Assembly: GCF_023055435.1 (NCBI RefSeq)
Contig: NW_025964013.1
Span: forward strand, 5,518,001 to 5,582,000
Length of the DNA stretch: 64,000 nt
From: Haliotis rufescens
Taxonomy: Eukaryota
Direction: 5' to 3'
Shown one piece after another: positions 25,734 to 38,739 of this stretch. Position 1 is the stretch's first letter. Each line of letters starts with the position of its first letter. Position numbers and translations under genes: made by a program. The notes under the pieces are model-generated. The model was not told the DNA's origin and did not search any database. It was given only the letters and a program-made list of their open reading frames with translations.

Positions 25734-28700
25734 GTGAGTGAGTGAGTGAGTTTATTTCAGCAAAAGAGGCCACTGGCCCATTATACAATATGGATACAGT
25801 GGATTACAACGATAGTAGGCGCCAGATAATACAAGTGATATACATAGTGAAACAATTGAATTATTGCATACATTTGAAAAACTGTTGTCGTTTCTTAAAA
25901 GCAAGAAAAATATATCTAGCTAATTTATTAATAACATGTTCATTTTGGCAAGACATAAGCGTGGCAGAATTTATCATATGAAGGTTTTGAATGGTAATTC
26001 TTTGGTATAAGACTATTTCTCAGATCTGAGTAAAATTGACATTCAATGCAGAAATGATACTCAGTTTCAATTACACGGACTAGACAAAATGGACATAAGC
26101 GTTCATCTCTAGAAAGACCAATTTTTCTACCTTCTTTCAGCATTAGGTTATGGCTAGAACAACGGAAAGAACTAAGAGCAAATTGACATACTCTAACAGG
26201 TATTGATGTTAAATATCTTTCTAATACAATGCATAGTTCAATTTGTGAATTCATTGTAACTTTGAAAAATGTTTTTATTTTACTTAACCAAGTTTGCTGA
26301 TCTATATCTATACATCTTTGCTTAAAACAAACAATAAACATATTTACATTTGGAACATCTTGATTACACCAAACAGAACCAAAACCATATGATGATAATA
26401 ATTCTTTTAAATTAAAAGCCCAACATTCAATACCTTTATCCGCCAAGGACACTTTGTAATCATAAACATGTTTAAAAATAGGATTATCAGTTTGAAATAA
26501 CAATCTAGTCCAATAATAATTTTCATATATTGGTTTACTTTTAGTGAATAACAACCTATCTCCCCCCTTGCAACAATATTAGGTGTACTCCGTCTTAAAT
26601 GTAAAAGCTCTTTACAGAAATTGTCATGGACTGTATTAATATCAGGTGAAGGATGAACCCCCCAGACTTCACTGCCATACAACAAGATTGGTAGAAGCTT
26701 GACATCAAATACATGAGTCAAAACATGTAAAAGTAACTTCTGAAAATCGATAATGTTTGTTTTTAGTGACTGAAAAACTTTATTGGCCTGGAGAGTTTTC
26801 TGTGTATTAAACCATGAACCAGAGCTTGAAAGATAGTCACCTAAATATTTATACACTGAAACAATTTCAAACGGACATGTATTTAGAGAAAGAAATGCAT
26901 ATGTCTTTAATGGACCGTCTTTGCGAAAGACAATTACCTTGCTCTTGACATTATTTATTTGCAGCTGCCATTTATCACAATATTGGGAAAGTTTATTTAA
27001 TCTCCTTTGAAGACCAACAACTGAACTATCTATTACTACAATGTCATCTGCAAAAAGCAGCATAAATAACTGTACCTATACTAATACACTAATACAGTCA
27101 AAGAATTTAGTAAATCCAGAATTCAGAGATACGCATGTTTTCACATTTTCATACATATTTCTAAGTAATCTAAAACAGAACCTTTAATATTACCAGTCCA
27201 AAGTTTGTACATCAGAGCACTATGTGACACAGAGTCAAAGGCTGCTTTTAAATCAATAAAGGCACAGTATAGTCTACCTTTATGTAATCTTAGATATTTA
27301 TCAATAATAGTTTGAAGTAGAAATATATTATCCACAGTTTGAAACCCCTTTCTGAAACCTGCTTGTTCAGGGATAATAACATTTCCATCAGTTGCCCAAT
27401 TGGTGAGCCTAGTACATATAATTTTACCAAAGATTTTACCAGATATTTCTAAAAGAGTAAAAGATCTGTAATTACTAGGGTCATTTACATTACCCTTTTT
27501 ATGCAAAGGAAGAATGACACCTAAAGTCTACTCCTCTGGATAAGTACCTGTCAATAAGATTTTATTAAACAAGGATAACAGCATTTCAAAACACATGGGA
27601 GGGGCATATTTAAAATATTCAATGGGTACACCACTAAACCCTGGGGCTTTCTATTTGGCATATCATTTACAGCTTTAAATATTTCATCTAAAGTTATTCA
27701 ACTATCTAACCCACTGTCATCTACAGAAGAGTTATTCAACTCTTCACTAATAGATTCTACAAAATGTTGAACATCTGTATAAAACTGTTTCTCACATTCA
27801 GCAAAATTAGTGCCTTGGAACAGATGATTGAAATCCAATAACCAAGAATCCGGTGAACTTGAATTACTTTTAAATTACCTTTTTTTAACAAAAAGACCAG
27901 AACTGTCTACTATTATGCGTTGATAAAGCATTGTTAATGTCTGTGATATAACACTGAAACACAGATGTCGATTTCTGTTTGCATAGGCTTCTGTACGACT
28001 TCCACGAGTCAATATACCGTTGTCGGTTGTTGTCACTGCTAGAATCATGATATGCACGGAGAAGACGGCGAGCGGTTGCACGTGCGTCCCAACATTCTTG
28101 ATCAAACCAGTTATGCCCCATCCTTATGCGTTTTCGAATTTATCTTGGTGTTTTTTTTACAAAAGTCTGCACAACATTCAATCAAATTTTGAAATGTTGA
28201 AAAGGCATTTTGATTGTCATCATTGGATATACATGAATTGAAAGTACTTACAAGGTTTTCTGGTAAACAATCCCAGTTTTGACGGTAACGTATCTAGGTT
28301 GAAGTGGTATTTCTGCCAGCGGAATGTCATCGTGACCCCGTGTCAACTCCAAAGAGTAGGTCAATGGCATGTGCGAACTTTCAACTCGACTGTAAAGTAC
28401 TTCAAAATTAGTGATGAAGTTAAAGGTGTTTTCAAGGCACAAAACGTAGTCCACAACACTATTGCCATCATTTACAAAACATGTGAAAAGACCGATATTT
28501 TTATCTTTACCCAGTCTGCCGTTGCATAATCTTAGACCTGTTAGTTTACACATATCAATTAGGAAACGTCCACGCTTATTGATGCTCTTGTCTTGAGAAA
28601 CTCGTGGAAGTTTGATATCCTCAATACATCCCACATCTTCATCAACTGGCAAATATGTGGTATCGTCATCAACAATGTAGTCACAAAAGGAGCCATCACC

Positions 28701-30162
28701 TGTCCGCGCATTTAAATTGCCCTGAAGAATGATGTCACAATCCTGATATGCCGTTTTAAACTTGGCAACGTCAGCTATTAGTATTTCAAACAAACGATTC
28801 GTCTGCATGCTAACTCGATCCTTCGGGTGAATAGTAAACAGTTGCATGGTAAACATTTCTATGATCTGGAATGTCAATTTCTAACCAAATTATATTACAA
28901 GAGTCACCTTTAAGGAGATTACAAAAGTTTACAATAGATTTCTTTATGTAAACTTGGATTCCACCAGTTTCTAATAGCACCGTGTGTTTTAGCACGTATT
29001 GAACTAAATCCTGTATAATCCTGAATGTCCACACAGTCATTATCACATCATGTTTCCACAAATGAAATTAGATCATATTTGTTGATAAAATTAATAAAGT
29101 CGGATTTCTGTAAATGCTTACTCAAACCTTCAATGTTCCATGACATACATTTGACGAAAGGGATAATATTTACGTTGTTAGGACCTTGGACACACCTTTA
29201 TTCTTTAGCTTTACGTGTTTTTGAGAATGTTTTTACGAGCTTAGTTGTGTTGGATTCATCGTCCCATGTTTACATTTTGTTGTCAATAATCAGACTATCA
29301 GACCTCAACACAGAGAAACCATTTTCACGAGCTTCATCCTTGAAGTCTTTCAATTTGGCGCTAGATTCTCTCACTTTCTTCGTGAAATCATCTGCAACCC
29401 CAATCTTAGTTCCCTTAAGTTTTTCCTGTTGATTTCAGCACTGTAGACTTCGACTTAAAGTCTTTGAACTTCACAAGAATGGGTCTTGCCCCTAGTGATT
29501 TACTCGGTAGTCTCTTCACACTCAATCCCGGCGTCCTCGTCTATTTTCATCGTCCTTTCAATGATGTTAGTAATCTTATTTTCAATATCCGACGGCTTTT
29601 CTTCAGAAGTCTCACTTACATTGAAAAACAGCAGGTTGTTCCTCCGACTGCTTGCTTCGAGAAAATCAATCCTTTCTGTCAGTTCTGTATCTGTTCACTG
29701 TCGTCTGCTAGTGAAGATAATTCACGTTCCATTTTCCCTATTCTCGTAGACAGCATACTGAAATTCTCATTCATTTCACATCTCATTTCACGTATTTCTT
29801 TCAAAAATTCGTTAGGACTCAACTCGTCACCAAGAGTCACTTGTCTTTTAGGAGGTCCTGGGTATTTCTCGACATCGCTGCTTATCAGAATGAAAAGCAA
29901 CGAAAAGACGAACACACCTCGTAGCTCGGTCCCCGAGCCTGCCGGAACGTGCAGCACGTGCTTGAACAAGGTTGACTGGAAACAGCAGATTCTGGATCTA
30001 TAAAGTTCATTATCACATCCCATCCTGTTTACTGGCTTGAAGTATGGTAAGGGTTAGAAGATATATGTTGAAACTTGCGATTTAAACTTTGTATTTTACC
30101 AGTTTCAACGGAGCTCATGTGTTGCACGTCTGAACCCGACATTCGCTAGGTGGCGCCCCCTC
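25734..30162 (-). mobile_element. Full-length decayed LINE (ORF1 plus APE-RT ORF2; CR1/L2-group-like)
   Basis: 13-bp TSD tttcagggtgagt at 25721-25733 and 30163-30175. APE motifs (SWNIEGL, GNLNART, SVVDY, SSHMPL), RT motifs (EQAGFRKG, FIDLKAAFDSV, LLFADD, YKYLG), C-terminal CPFC..ETEYHF..EC, and an AATAAA(CTCA)n tail. Many stops and frameshifts. Confidence 0.92.
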
Positions 30163-30477
30163 TTTCAGGGTGAGTTGTATTGAACAGAAAATCAGCCTGG
30201 AACTCGAATAATTAGCAAATCAGATTGTAAACATCATGTTTAAAAATCGAGTCTTGATATATCAATTATGTTGTACAATGCTCCGTATATTGTCCTCAAC
30301 CCAAATGTTCAAATCAACTTATAGAAATTAGTGATGATCACTCCAGCAAATCCTCAACTTGATGTTTTGCTACTAGACGATTGCAACGCCCCTCTCTGGC
30401 AAGGGAAGTAAGTCGTCATAGCTGACCTAGGTAATGTGTAACCACCAGGGTTACCTGCAACTCATCGTTTACTCCCC

Positions 30478-30642
30478 GGGGCGGTCGGGTAGCCTAGTGG
30501 TTAAAGCGTTCGCTCGTCACGCCGAAAACCCGGGTTCGATTCCCGATATGGGTACAATGTATGAAGCCCATTTCTGGTGTCCCCCACCGTGATATTGCTG
30601 GAATATTGCTAAAAGCGGCGTAAAATCAAACTCACTCACTCA
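30478..30642 (+). mobile_element. Full-length SINE family A (tRNA head with GTC anticodon-like loop)
   Basis: A/B boxes, (ACTC)n tail, and a 12-bp TSD cgtttactcccc at 30466-30477 and 30643-30654. Confidence 0.92.
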
Positions 30643-30670
30643 CGTTTACTCCCCAAGGTCTGGCCACACA

Positions 30671-33600
30671 ATGAAGGATGATCACGCCACCAGATCGGCT
30701 CTCCACGCCATCGTTGTCGTGGTCTTCATCTCTGCAGCGGTGTTCGGTGCAGCGTTTCAGCAAGGTGTACCAGGTAACAACAGTAGCCACAGCACAACAC
30801 TTCCAGTTCCACATGACCAGTTTACAGATATGATTGCAGAATTATTCAGAATCCTGCTTGTATCTAGCAAAGGCAGTATTACTAACAACAAACCTTCATT
30901 TTCCCTAACGCTGTTATATACCTTAGAAACGGTAAACAGTCTTGAAAAGGACTTAGATTTGAAAGTAATTGCCAAAGCAGTATATTACATGAAAAATAAC
31001 TCTTTTGAATTCTTTATATAAAGTAATCAATACTTGCATTACAAACAGGCTAAAAGTTACTTCTGATATTCTTGTTCATGAAAATCAAACTGGTTTTATT
31101 CCTAGGACAACTATTAGTGAAAATACGCGACTTTTTTATGATTCGATTTTTGAACAAGAAAAATAATGTTATTACTACTTATTGATTTCGAAAAGGTATT
31201 CGACACTGTCTCTAAACAGTTTATTCTTAGTACTTAGGAAATATAGAATACTAAACGTGCTCCCGTGTATGTCTTGGACCATTTACAAACATCCTGAAGG
31301 ACATATTCAGGGTTGAGAAATACATAGCAATGGATAATAATAGCATTCCCAATTTCAACAATAGGTGGCAAGCACTGATGAACAGATTATAATGCCTGAG
31401 TATATATCTAGTATAAAACAACATTCTATCATGCTATAATTTAACATCTATTGCACTAGATCGTATAAGATGATGTCTACAATGTACAGTATCACATGCC
31501 ATGCTTGTTCTGTAAATGTAACATATTGCTGGAATGAATAAACAAAGTGAAAATAACCTGTAACATAGCTGTAACAGACCTCAGGTTAAAAATCAGACAT
31601 GATCACTCACTGAACTTTTCTTTACGTTATGTCAGAGTATTCGGTGTGAACATTTAACACATGAAGATCCGGGTCAGAATAGGTCTTCAGTAACCCATGC
31701 TTGCCGTAAAAGGCGACTATGCTTGTCGTCAGAGGAGACTAACGGGATCGGGTGGATAGGATCGGTGACTTGGTTGATGCATGTCATCGTATCCCAATTG
31801 CGAGTATCGATGCTCATGATGTCAGTTAATGGATTGTCTTGTCCAGACTCGATTATTTACAAACCGCCGTCATAGAGCTGGAATATTGCTGAGTGCGGCG
31901 TTAAACAACAAACAAACAATAAACAAAAAAACAATTGCATAGTTGTGAGTTCCCTTATAGGTGTGCAAACTTTGCCGTCTGTGTGCTAGGGCATCACGTA
32001 CGCGTGCTGTTCATGCATGATGTGTAATTTCATTGTTATTGGATGATGAGTTCAGTTGCAATGCCACGTTTTTATATTGTAAATGTACCCCTTAACGAAA
32101 GTCACATTCAAATAATTTTTCCCTTAGTCTTTGTCTGTAGTTTGCATAATAGTTACTGAATACACAAACTGTTCCAATCACAACTCGGACAAAACACAGA
32201 TACACATAATATGAAATGAAATATATACAGTCATTTATTAATTACCTACTGTGATTTATATATCATACTGCATAAATACAACACAATAATAACTTAAAAA
32301 TACTGATCTTGTCTCTTCCAAGAGTGCGTGAGTTGGATTGAACGCCGCTTTTAACTGTATTCCAGTTATATCACGGCGTGTCAGCTTAATTTGGGAGGAA
32401 AGCCCGAAGTGATGCAGGTCTCAGACGTTTACCACTTCGGTGAAACCCACGGGCACGGGTATGGTGCTGACAAACCTAGAAACATAATCTGGGCGAACCG
32501 GGATTTGAACCCACAATCATAGGTTTCTGGCGTGCCCAAGGGACGCAACTCTGCACAGCGAATCGCGGCGCCTTAGACAACTGGGCCACCAGTGCCCCCC
32601 TCTTCCAAGATGAGCGTGTGGTGTGAGTGGGAGGTACAGTGAATCTACTCCACCAAACTTCAAGATTACCACGAGCAGAGCTTAAGAAAAGACTTCACTA
32701 ATGATGCTTAGGTAACAACCACTCGAACATTTACGCAGCCTGAATGAGAAATACAGTTGGTGTAGGTTCATCAGTGAAGATGATTGCTTCATAAATCTGA
32801 AATAAATGCAATAAATAAGTTTTTGCATTATCTGAAATATACATAATAGCAGTATTTACAACATACTGAAGTGAAACAACTAATCAATAAATCCAGAAAA
32901 TACTATCTTCCACAATATCACACTGTCAGGGAGAAAGCGGCAATACTTGGTGTACTTGTGCCCAATCCCCTTGTCTTTATGAACAATAAATTATGTTTAA
33001 TATAAGACTGTTGACAACCTTTCTCGGTTATAGGCTTATTCCTGGCGCCCTTCCAACCTGAAATGTTCCGGACTGAGTTGACACAGGGAACGTGGTCAGC
33101 GTACATCTTCATCGCTGTCTTTGCCTGGCAAGCTTTGTGGATCCTCTATTCTCTAACCCTCCACTGCAGGAAGGGTCCTAACGGTTCACACATCGACCAC
33201 CCTTACCTCTTCTCCACTCTTTTCCTCCTAGTCTACATACTGGGGCTTCTCCTCTACATCAGCTGGCTCTTCCTCCTGGATAGAGAAGCTTTAGAGTTGG
33301 CCTTTATTGTTATTTTGGGGTCCACTGTTTGTTTTGCTATTTGCATTGGAAGGGCCCACCTGCAACTCTACAGATCCAGGTTTGATCTGGCGAAACAAGG
33401 CAGGCGATATGATGATGTCCTGTTCCGATTGTTTGTAAGCAATGGAGTGTCTGCGATGTTTACATGGAGTCTTAGTCATGCAGTTAACTCGTTGAGTAAA
33501 GTTATTGCTTTCAGGTCCGTTTCACCTCTTGGTCCTAGCACCGCCTCGACAATTGCATTTAGTATTATGATACTGACAGTTGTCGTCCTCAGTATGATTG

Positions 33601-33857
33601 ACGTTGCTTGTAATGAGCTGTACACCCGTTATACCTTTGGGTCAGATATCACAAGAATAATTATATACAGTGCCATCACCGACAACAATTTCGGTATTAC
33701 AAAGGTAAACACTATCATGTTTATTCTAATTCTCGGGATCACATTGGGAATTGTAGCAATTAAGATCGCGCTCATATTACTGAGGTACAAGACTGACCCG
33801 GTATTCCCATCCGAGAAATATGTCCTCGAGAAGGATACATCCTTGTGCGAGATTTAA
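30671..33857 (+). CDS. Multi-pass membrane protein, paralog 3; coding exons 30671-30773 and 33034-33857
   Basis: Exon 1 (103 nt) reads MKDDHATRSALHAIVVVVFISAAVFGAAFQQGVP, with donor CAG|GTAACA and acceptor TTATAG| at 33033. The phase-1 join gives GLFLAPFQPEMFRT in frame. It is clearly homologous to paralog 2 (CRKGP, WLFLLDRxALELAF, KQGR). Confidence 0.85.
30820..31240 (+). pseudogene. Intronic L1/Tx1-like RT remnant
   Basis: LVHENQTGFIP...ISENTRL and LIDFEKVFDTVS motifs, frame broken. Confidence 0.65.
31659..31918 (+). mobile_element. Family C repeat (intronic)
   Basis: Full-length match to the other family C copies. Confidence 0.8.
32322..32600 (-). mobile_element. SINE family D (intronic)
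   Basis: Reverse complement of the 24418 copy; TSD ctcttccaaga. Confidence 0.88.
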
Positions 33858-33962
33858 ACTTTTGAGACATGCATCACTTCGGGCTTTCCTCCCACATAAA
33901 GCTGACACGCTGTGATATAACTGGAATACTGTTAAAAGCGGCGTTAAACCCAGCTCACTCAC
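33855..33962 (+). mobile_element. 5'-truncated SINE family D (also in units B and C)
   Basis: taaacttttgagacatgcatcacttcgggctttcctcccaca matches 24587 onward. Confidence 0.8.
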
Positions 33963-34049
33963 CATCTTGTCCTACAGGAAAACTAAGGAGAATACAACAT
34001 AGCCTTTCTTAGCCAGCAGAAACCGAATAAAAATTACTTATGCTGAAAC

Positions 34050-34600
34050 ACTACATACCGCCACGATTGGTCAAACATTTGTTCATACGGAATGGCATGG
34101 TCCAAATCAATCTTCCAATGACAAATTGAGAGAGTCCTGTCAACTCCTCTTGCAGCGCCTGGCCAAGTTCTGCTAACGTAGCGGATGGCCTTTGACATCA
34201 CCGCGCACGTCTCCGGATCATGTCCCAGGCATACTCTGTTTGGGAAAGGTGAGGACTCTGGCTGGCCATTGCATCCTAGTAATGTTTCGCTGCTGGAGGT
34301 ACTCAGTTATTTGCGCCTTGTGCGGAGCCGATTGTTAACATATTGTAACTGCAGAAACCTGTTCCAAATTCCAAGGATAGAACTAATGTGTTGCTGTGTA
34401 TAATAAAAGTTTACAATACCAATTGCTCAGAGCAATTGGACGATTTTCTCTTAAGTGTCAAAATTAAGAATGACCGCCTAACAGGGTGCACGGAGGAAGT
34501 GCATGGTCCATGTGTAATGTTAAGATTTGGTTCCGAAACCGTCCTCTGGTAGTCGTTTTTCAAAGCCGATCTTCCTTCTGATGACTGATCATAAAATTTA
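34050..34600 (-). pseudogene. Highly decayed Tc1 transposase remnant (repeated near 43390 and 51088)
   Basis: SPHLS..EYAWDMIRRR...LAELGQALQE...RLIWTMP...GG resembles a Tc1 C-terminus. Confidence 0.7.
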
Positions 34601-34699
34601 TATCTGAACATCCCCTACATTTTGTAGGAGTATATGTTTAGCATTCTATCTACAATCTAAACACATTATCAAATCTAAATGTGTTTAAAACTTAAATAG

Positions 34700-35021
34700 G
34701 ACTCCGTAGCTCGGTGGTAGAGCGTTTGTCGGGAGAGCGGAAGGTCGGGGATCCGAAACCCGGACGCCTCATTCCAAAAGATGTTAAGAGATGGTACTTG
34801 TTGTTACCCTGTCTGGCGCTCGTCATTAAGGGACTAAAACAAGGACTGGCTGCTTGGAGTCAGTATACTGTGTCTGAGTGGGATATTATGTTACACTGCG
34901 GCATGGTATCTCAGTGGTCTAGCACTATAAAACCGGACTAGTACAAGCAGCCACACATACGTCATGTAAGTGGCTAAAGTCAGAAATCAGGAATGCGACG
35001 TTACACTCCATACCACCTCAC
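34700..35021 (+). mobile_element. SINE family B (unit A only)
   Basis: Family B head and body. Confidence 0.8.
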
Positions 35022-35338
35022 GTCTTTGTGTGATAGCATTTTCAGTGATTAATCGGATAACCATATGTTAATCACATCTTCCAGTCGAAATACGTTTATG
35101 CATTAAAACTTAAGACACTGAATGTGTTTGGTTTTTATTTCGCTTTGTTAACTACAGATGCACGCACGTGTCATGGTTCACTGAAGTGGTACATGGTGAA
35201 ACTCTTATTGTCTTACACAACCTAGCAGAGAAAATATACGTGTCGGTGACGTCAAGTGCCATTATATCCTGGTAGTGTTAACAAACTTTACACTTATCAC
35301 GTCAGTGTTATATATACCTGGAGAACAACACAGGCGCC

Positions 35339-35450
35339 GGGACCCCGTTTGACGACGCGATCGCAGGGGTAAGTTAGTCTATGTAAGCCTGTGTTGAGCT
35401 ATGGGAGTAACGGCAGCCGTAACTTTACGATTGCTTCGTGAAACGGGCCC
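35339..35450. mobile_element. Small MITE-like element
   Basis: Imperfect TIRs gggaccccgtttgacgacgcgatcg / cgattgcttcgtgaaacgggccc. Confidence 0.55.
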
Positions 35451-36106
35451 AAGGCCGTTGGTTCGTTGGCCTTGAGTGGATACTGAAAAGTGCCGTTTGT
35501 TCGAGTTGTTCACAATATACACTGATATAATATCCACGGAACTCCAACATTCGGCTGTGATTTGAGACAGAGAGAGGACTCGTGACAGTACGTCATCAAA
35601 TGGAACAACTGTGACAACAATAGGGCTCGGCCTTGCATCGCCCTTTGATCTCGCTCTGCACCTTTGTCAAGATAAAGTATTGCTGCGGTTACCGTGTCAC
35701 TGTGCTGCTGCCCATAGACGAGTTTGACCTGACTTGTTGCTTCACAGACCTTACGATTGTAAGGATAAAATATATAGATGAACAGCTTATTTATTACAAT
35801 TAGGAGCGAGGTTTTTGAGTAGGTTCTAACACCATTATCAAGCATGTACATGTACAGAGTATATTACGATTGTGAATACGTTGAGCCTAAACACGTTTAA
35901 ATCCTAAGCACATTTATGAACGTGTCATTGATTGACATTAAACATCACAAGGTGTGTATGTTTGTGGTGATGTTGATCACTTCCATAGCTCGATGTCATC
36001 TCTCACAAACGTTGAGTGACTCAACAACACAGAGTATCCTTGCTCGGGAACAACGTTTTTTTCCAGTTTTCTATGAATACACGATGCCGTTTAGAAAGTG
36101 GTCAGA

Positions 36107-36217
36107 TGTAACTGATGTTACATTGGGATAACACTTCCTTAGTAAAGTACAATCCTCAAAAGTATTAGAGTGTGTACTTTACTAAGGAAGTGTTATCCCA
36201 ATATAACATTTGTTACA
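36107..36217. repeat. Long hairpin: 30-bp perfect stem, 21-nt loop
   Basis: attgggataacacttccttagtaaagtaca (36122-36151) pairs with tgtactttactaaggaagtgttatcccaat (36173-36202). Confidence 0.9.
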
Positions 36218-37180
36218 GTTTTCTTTGTTCACAAGAAACATTCAGAACAGAACTGTATTTTACTCAGGTCGAGAATCTCGGTATTTGGCAGACATTCATG
36301 TCCGTGATTGGCAGACAGTAGTTAACAGGAAAGTATACATATTACATACCAAAAACATCAGAATTTACCTTATTTCTATTAATTGAAATAGGTGTTGAAA
36401 TCATACCACGTTAGCATGTCGTCGCCATTGCCCCAAACTGCACATCAAGATACTCGGGTGAACAATTGACTTGCCTTTGCATGTGTTTGTGACGGGTGCC
36501 ACCGGTGGGGCAGGATACGCATACCTTTTCGCGAACACCTGGTATCATTACTCTTTGATAGTGATTAATAAACACATGCTCATGATATAGTCGGAATTTT
36601 ACAATCGACTCTGCTTAATGCAGTGTTTTCCATTGATTATGGAAAGGGTTTTGTCGCTTTATTTTTATGAATATGGAAATGGTTTTGTTGCTGCTTTTTT
36701 TTTATATGGCGACAAACAATTATAACCATTATAATATATTAAGTAAATAAGTAAACAAACTTTGTGTTATATAACACACATTGTTTTTGTTACTCACTGA
36801 CACAACCCCTTTACTTATCTGAAAGTGACAAACACTTTCCAAATATGAGTCCATTGTTTGGTTCCGACTGTGCCTTGAGCATGTGTTTATGAAGCATAAT
36901 CAAATTGTGAGGATACCAAGTGTTCGTGAAAAAGTGAGCGGGCACCGGTCACAAACACAAACAGTGGCAAATCAATTGATCACGGAAAAATATCAGGCAC
37001 CAATGATTAGTTCACAGGCTGTTTATTTAATCATAAACACGAAACACAATGTAGACAACGAAACGAAATGAGTGACGTTCAGTGCAGTAATCTAATTTTA
37101 TCAATTTATATAGCGCTGAAGTTTCTGAGTACCTGTTCACAGGCGCTTTTAGTTCCCCGACCAGTGAATCCGTTTGTATT

Positions 37181-37470
37181 ACCGCCTCCGTGGTCTAGTG
37201 GTAGAGCGATCACCCGGAGAGAGCAAGGTCCGGGGATCGATCCCCGGCCTTGTCATATCGAATATACGTTCAAAGATGGTACTTGTTGTTACCCTGTCTG
37301 GGGCTCGGCATTAAGGGGCAAAAACAAGGACTGGTCTGTTCGAAGTCAGTATACTGTGTCTGAGTGGGGTATTCATGTTAAACTGCGACATGGTATATCA
37401 GGGTGCTAGCTGTATAAAATCGGCATTTGTATATAAGTGCAATAATCTTGGACGCGACGTTACACCTCAC
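37181..37470 (+). mobile_element. SINE family B (copies at 44824-45112 and 52522-52812)
   Basis: Family B sequence carried within the triplicated unit. Confidence 0.8.
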
Positions 37471-38739
37471 ATCCAGTTATCGTTCTCAACTCCCTGGGGA
37501 GTATGCACACCTGTGCAGTCAGTCGGGTGCTAGACATTTGCACGCAAATCACCATCTCTTGCCTGCGTGGACGCCTCGCTATCAACACCGTCACCACGTG
37601 ACCATCATGTGACAGGAAGTTACTAAACGGTTTGATGTGAGGTTCCTATCAACAGAGTTAGGAACGTCATGATGACATTGCTTCATCAACATAACTGCTG
37701 ATCAATCAAACACGGCTTCACTTCCACAGCTAAATGTGCTCAGTGATGTGTGGATTCCAGAAGCGTGAGGGTATCTTGGATTACTGCTTGTTTAGCTGGA
37801 CATAATCCAACATGAGATTGCACATATTGTACCCATGTGGGGAATAGAACCCGGCCCGCGAACGCTTTAACCTTCAGGCTACCCTACCGCCAATCACGAA
37901 GTGAAGACAAAACACAAATTGCTGGAACATCAGTTTATTTACATTTAGGTATAGGAAGGAGAAGAATCTATATCCAACTGATATGTAACATTTTGTGTAC
38001 AACCGTGATAATTGATAATTGTGCATACTATTAATATTGACAGTACCTTCGCAGAGAATCTTAACTAAACTGTTACCAAGGGCAACTGATGCCCTGTTAA
38101 CCATTATAATCGATCTACCACACACAGGGGTTGAACTTGGATTCCCCTCCATACCAAGACACTATTTCACCGAGTTCCGTATGCAGTGGAGATGTTGCGA
38201 CGTCCGCTAAAATATAAAAACAAAACTGTGTCTGAAATTACGCTGGTGGTAAGTCATGGATTGTTGTATACCTACTTGATTGGGCACAAAGGGCCCATGT
38301 CGTGGCGTCAGGCAATAAATACTTACATTTCTATGCAAATTGTTTGAATGGCGGATGCTTACCCTTTTCGGTAGCACCAGTGGTCATCCCTAATTTTCAA
38401 TTGTTCATTCATATAATTTTCAAATGGAATCTGTTTCGTTGGATAATCCGGTTATTCTCTTGCATTGACAATTTATATTTGTGAACTAATTGAATTACTC
38501 TATATGGGCATCAACATATTGGTGTTAAATTTACTGGCAAAGCCATAAATACTCTATAAGTCGTTGTTTAACATGGCGCTATTTCAGCTGTCTGAATTGT
38601 TTGAACTGATACACTGATGCAAGTATTGTTTAGATAATGTGTTGAAACAGAAACAGTTCTATCCAATTTACGAAAGGAATGTGTTTGCCGGCATCACAAT
38701 TATGTAAACATTTGCAATAAGGTCTGAGGCTTACCTGTA

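Noticed and set aside
30478-30552. tRNA-Asp-like and other tRNA-like genes (also 62886, 24418, 17104)
   Set aside because: They continue into SINE bodies with simple-repeat tails and TSDs, and the acceptor stems are not intact.
30774-31021. C-terminal part of the 116-aa ORF
   Set aside because: Read-through past the splice donor into an intronic LINE remnant.
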